From IMG/VR virus record IMGVR_UViG_3300045988_110420: a DNA stretch of 37,430 bases. One strand, given 5' to 3'. This DNA is from a virus. The position numbers were made by a program, and so were the translations under genes. Position 1 is the stretch's first letter. Every line of letters starts with the position of its first letter. The notes under the pieces were generated by a model, which saw nothing but the letters and a program-made list of their open reading frames with translations, was not told the origin of the DNA and did no database searches. Positions 37,372 through 37,430 of the stretch are shown piece by piece.

Positions 37372-37430
37372 CCTTACCACTTTCCCTCCATCAACTCTTT
37401 ATAACTGATCCCCCCAGCCAATCCCGGCGA
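37332..37430. repeat. Terminal overlap, copy B (identical to 1-99)
   Basis: Exact 99-nt match to the window start. Non-redundant length is 37,331 bp. Confidence 0.9.

Overview
This window is a complete, circularly closed temperate phage genome. The unit length is 37,331 bp, and nt 1-99 are identical to nt 37332-37430. The signals look Firmicutes/Clostridia-like: GGAGG-type RBSs, Prp/L27-type capsid processing and a tRNA-targeting tyrosine integrase. I call about 55 genes, and all but four are on the minus strand.

Early genes (minus strand): they run from the Cro-like switch gene at 5256 down to 43, then continue across the circular junction from 37371 down to 33305. They include an HUH rolling-circle Rep, with a pC194/phiX174-type CTTGATA nick motif in a hairpin-rich origin just upstream. 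They also include an AT-rich PP-loop (PAPS-reductase-like) gene, two DUF3846-like paralogues, SSB and many small Cys-rich proteins.

Late operon (minus strand, 33091 down to 8530, after a strong terminator): TerS, TerL, portal and a phage-encoded Prp cysteine protease come first. The scaffold and major capsid protein follow, and both begin with a Prp-type KMDL(H/Q)LF leader. Next are a collagen-like fibre, a mosaic fibre-tip gene, a 517-aa structural protein, a fibre with a peptidase-S74 chaperone domain and a 421-aa Ser-linker protein. Then comes a 2,583-aa polyvalent giant protein with an HExxH motif and 42-bp tandem repeats. The operon ends with three small membrane proteins, DUF4406-like and tandem DUF2829 (Tad2-like) genes, a holin and an amidase endolysin.

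Lysogeny cassette (plus strand, 5420-8255): a CI/LexA-like S24 repressor, two very AT-rich genes of unknown function, and the integrase. The two unknown genes are my best candidate for an undescribed prophage-expressed exclusion or defence module. attP follows the integrase: a tRNA 3' fragment plus terminator, flanked by five phased ATGCAACAC arm repeats.

I recognise no tape measure, tube or sheath gene, so I infer a short-tailed virion. All family assignments come from motifs read by eye, not from database searches.
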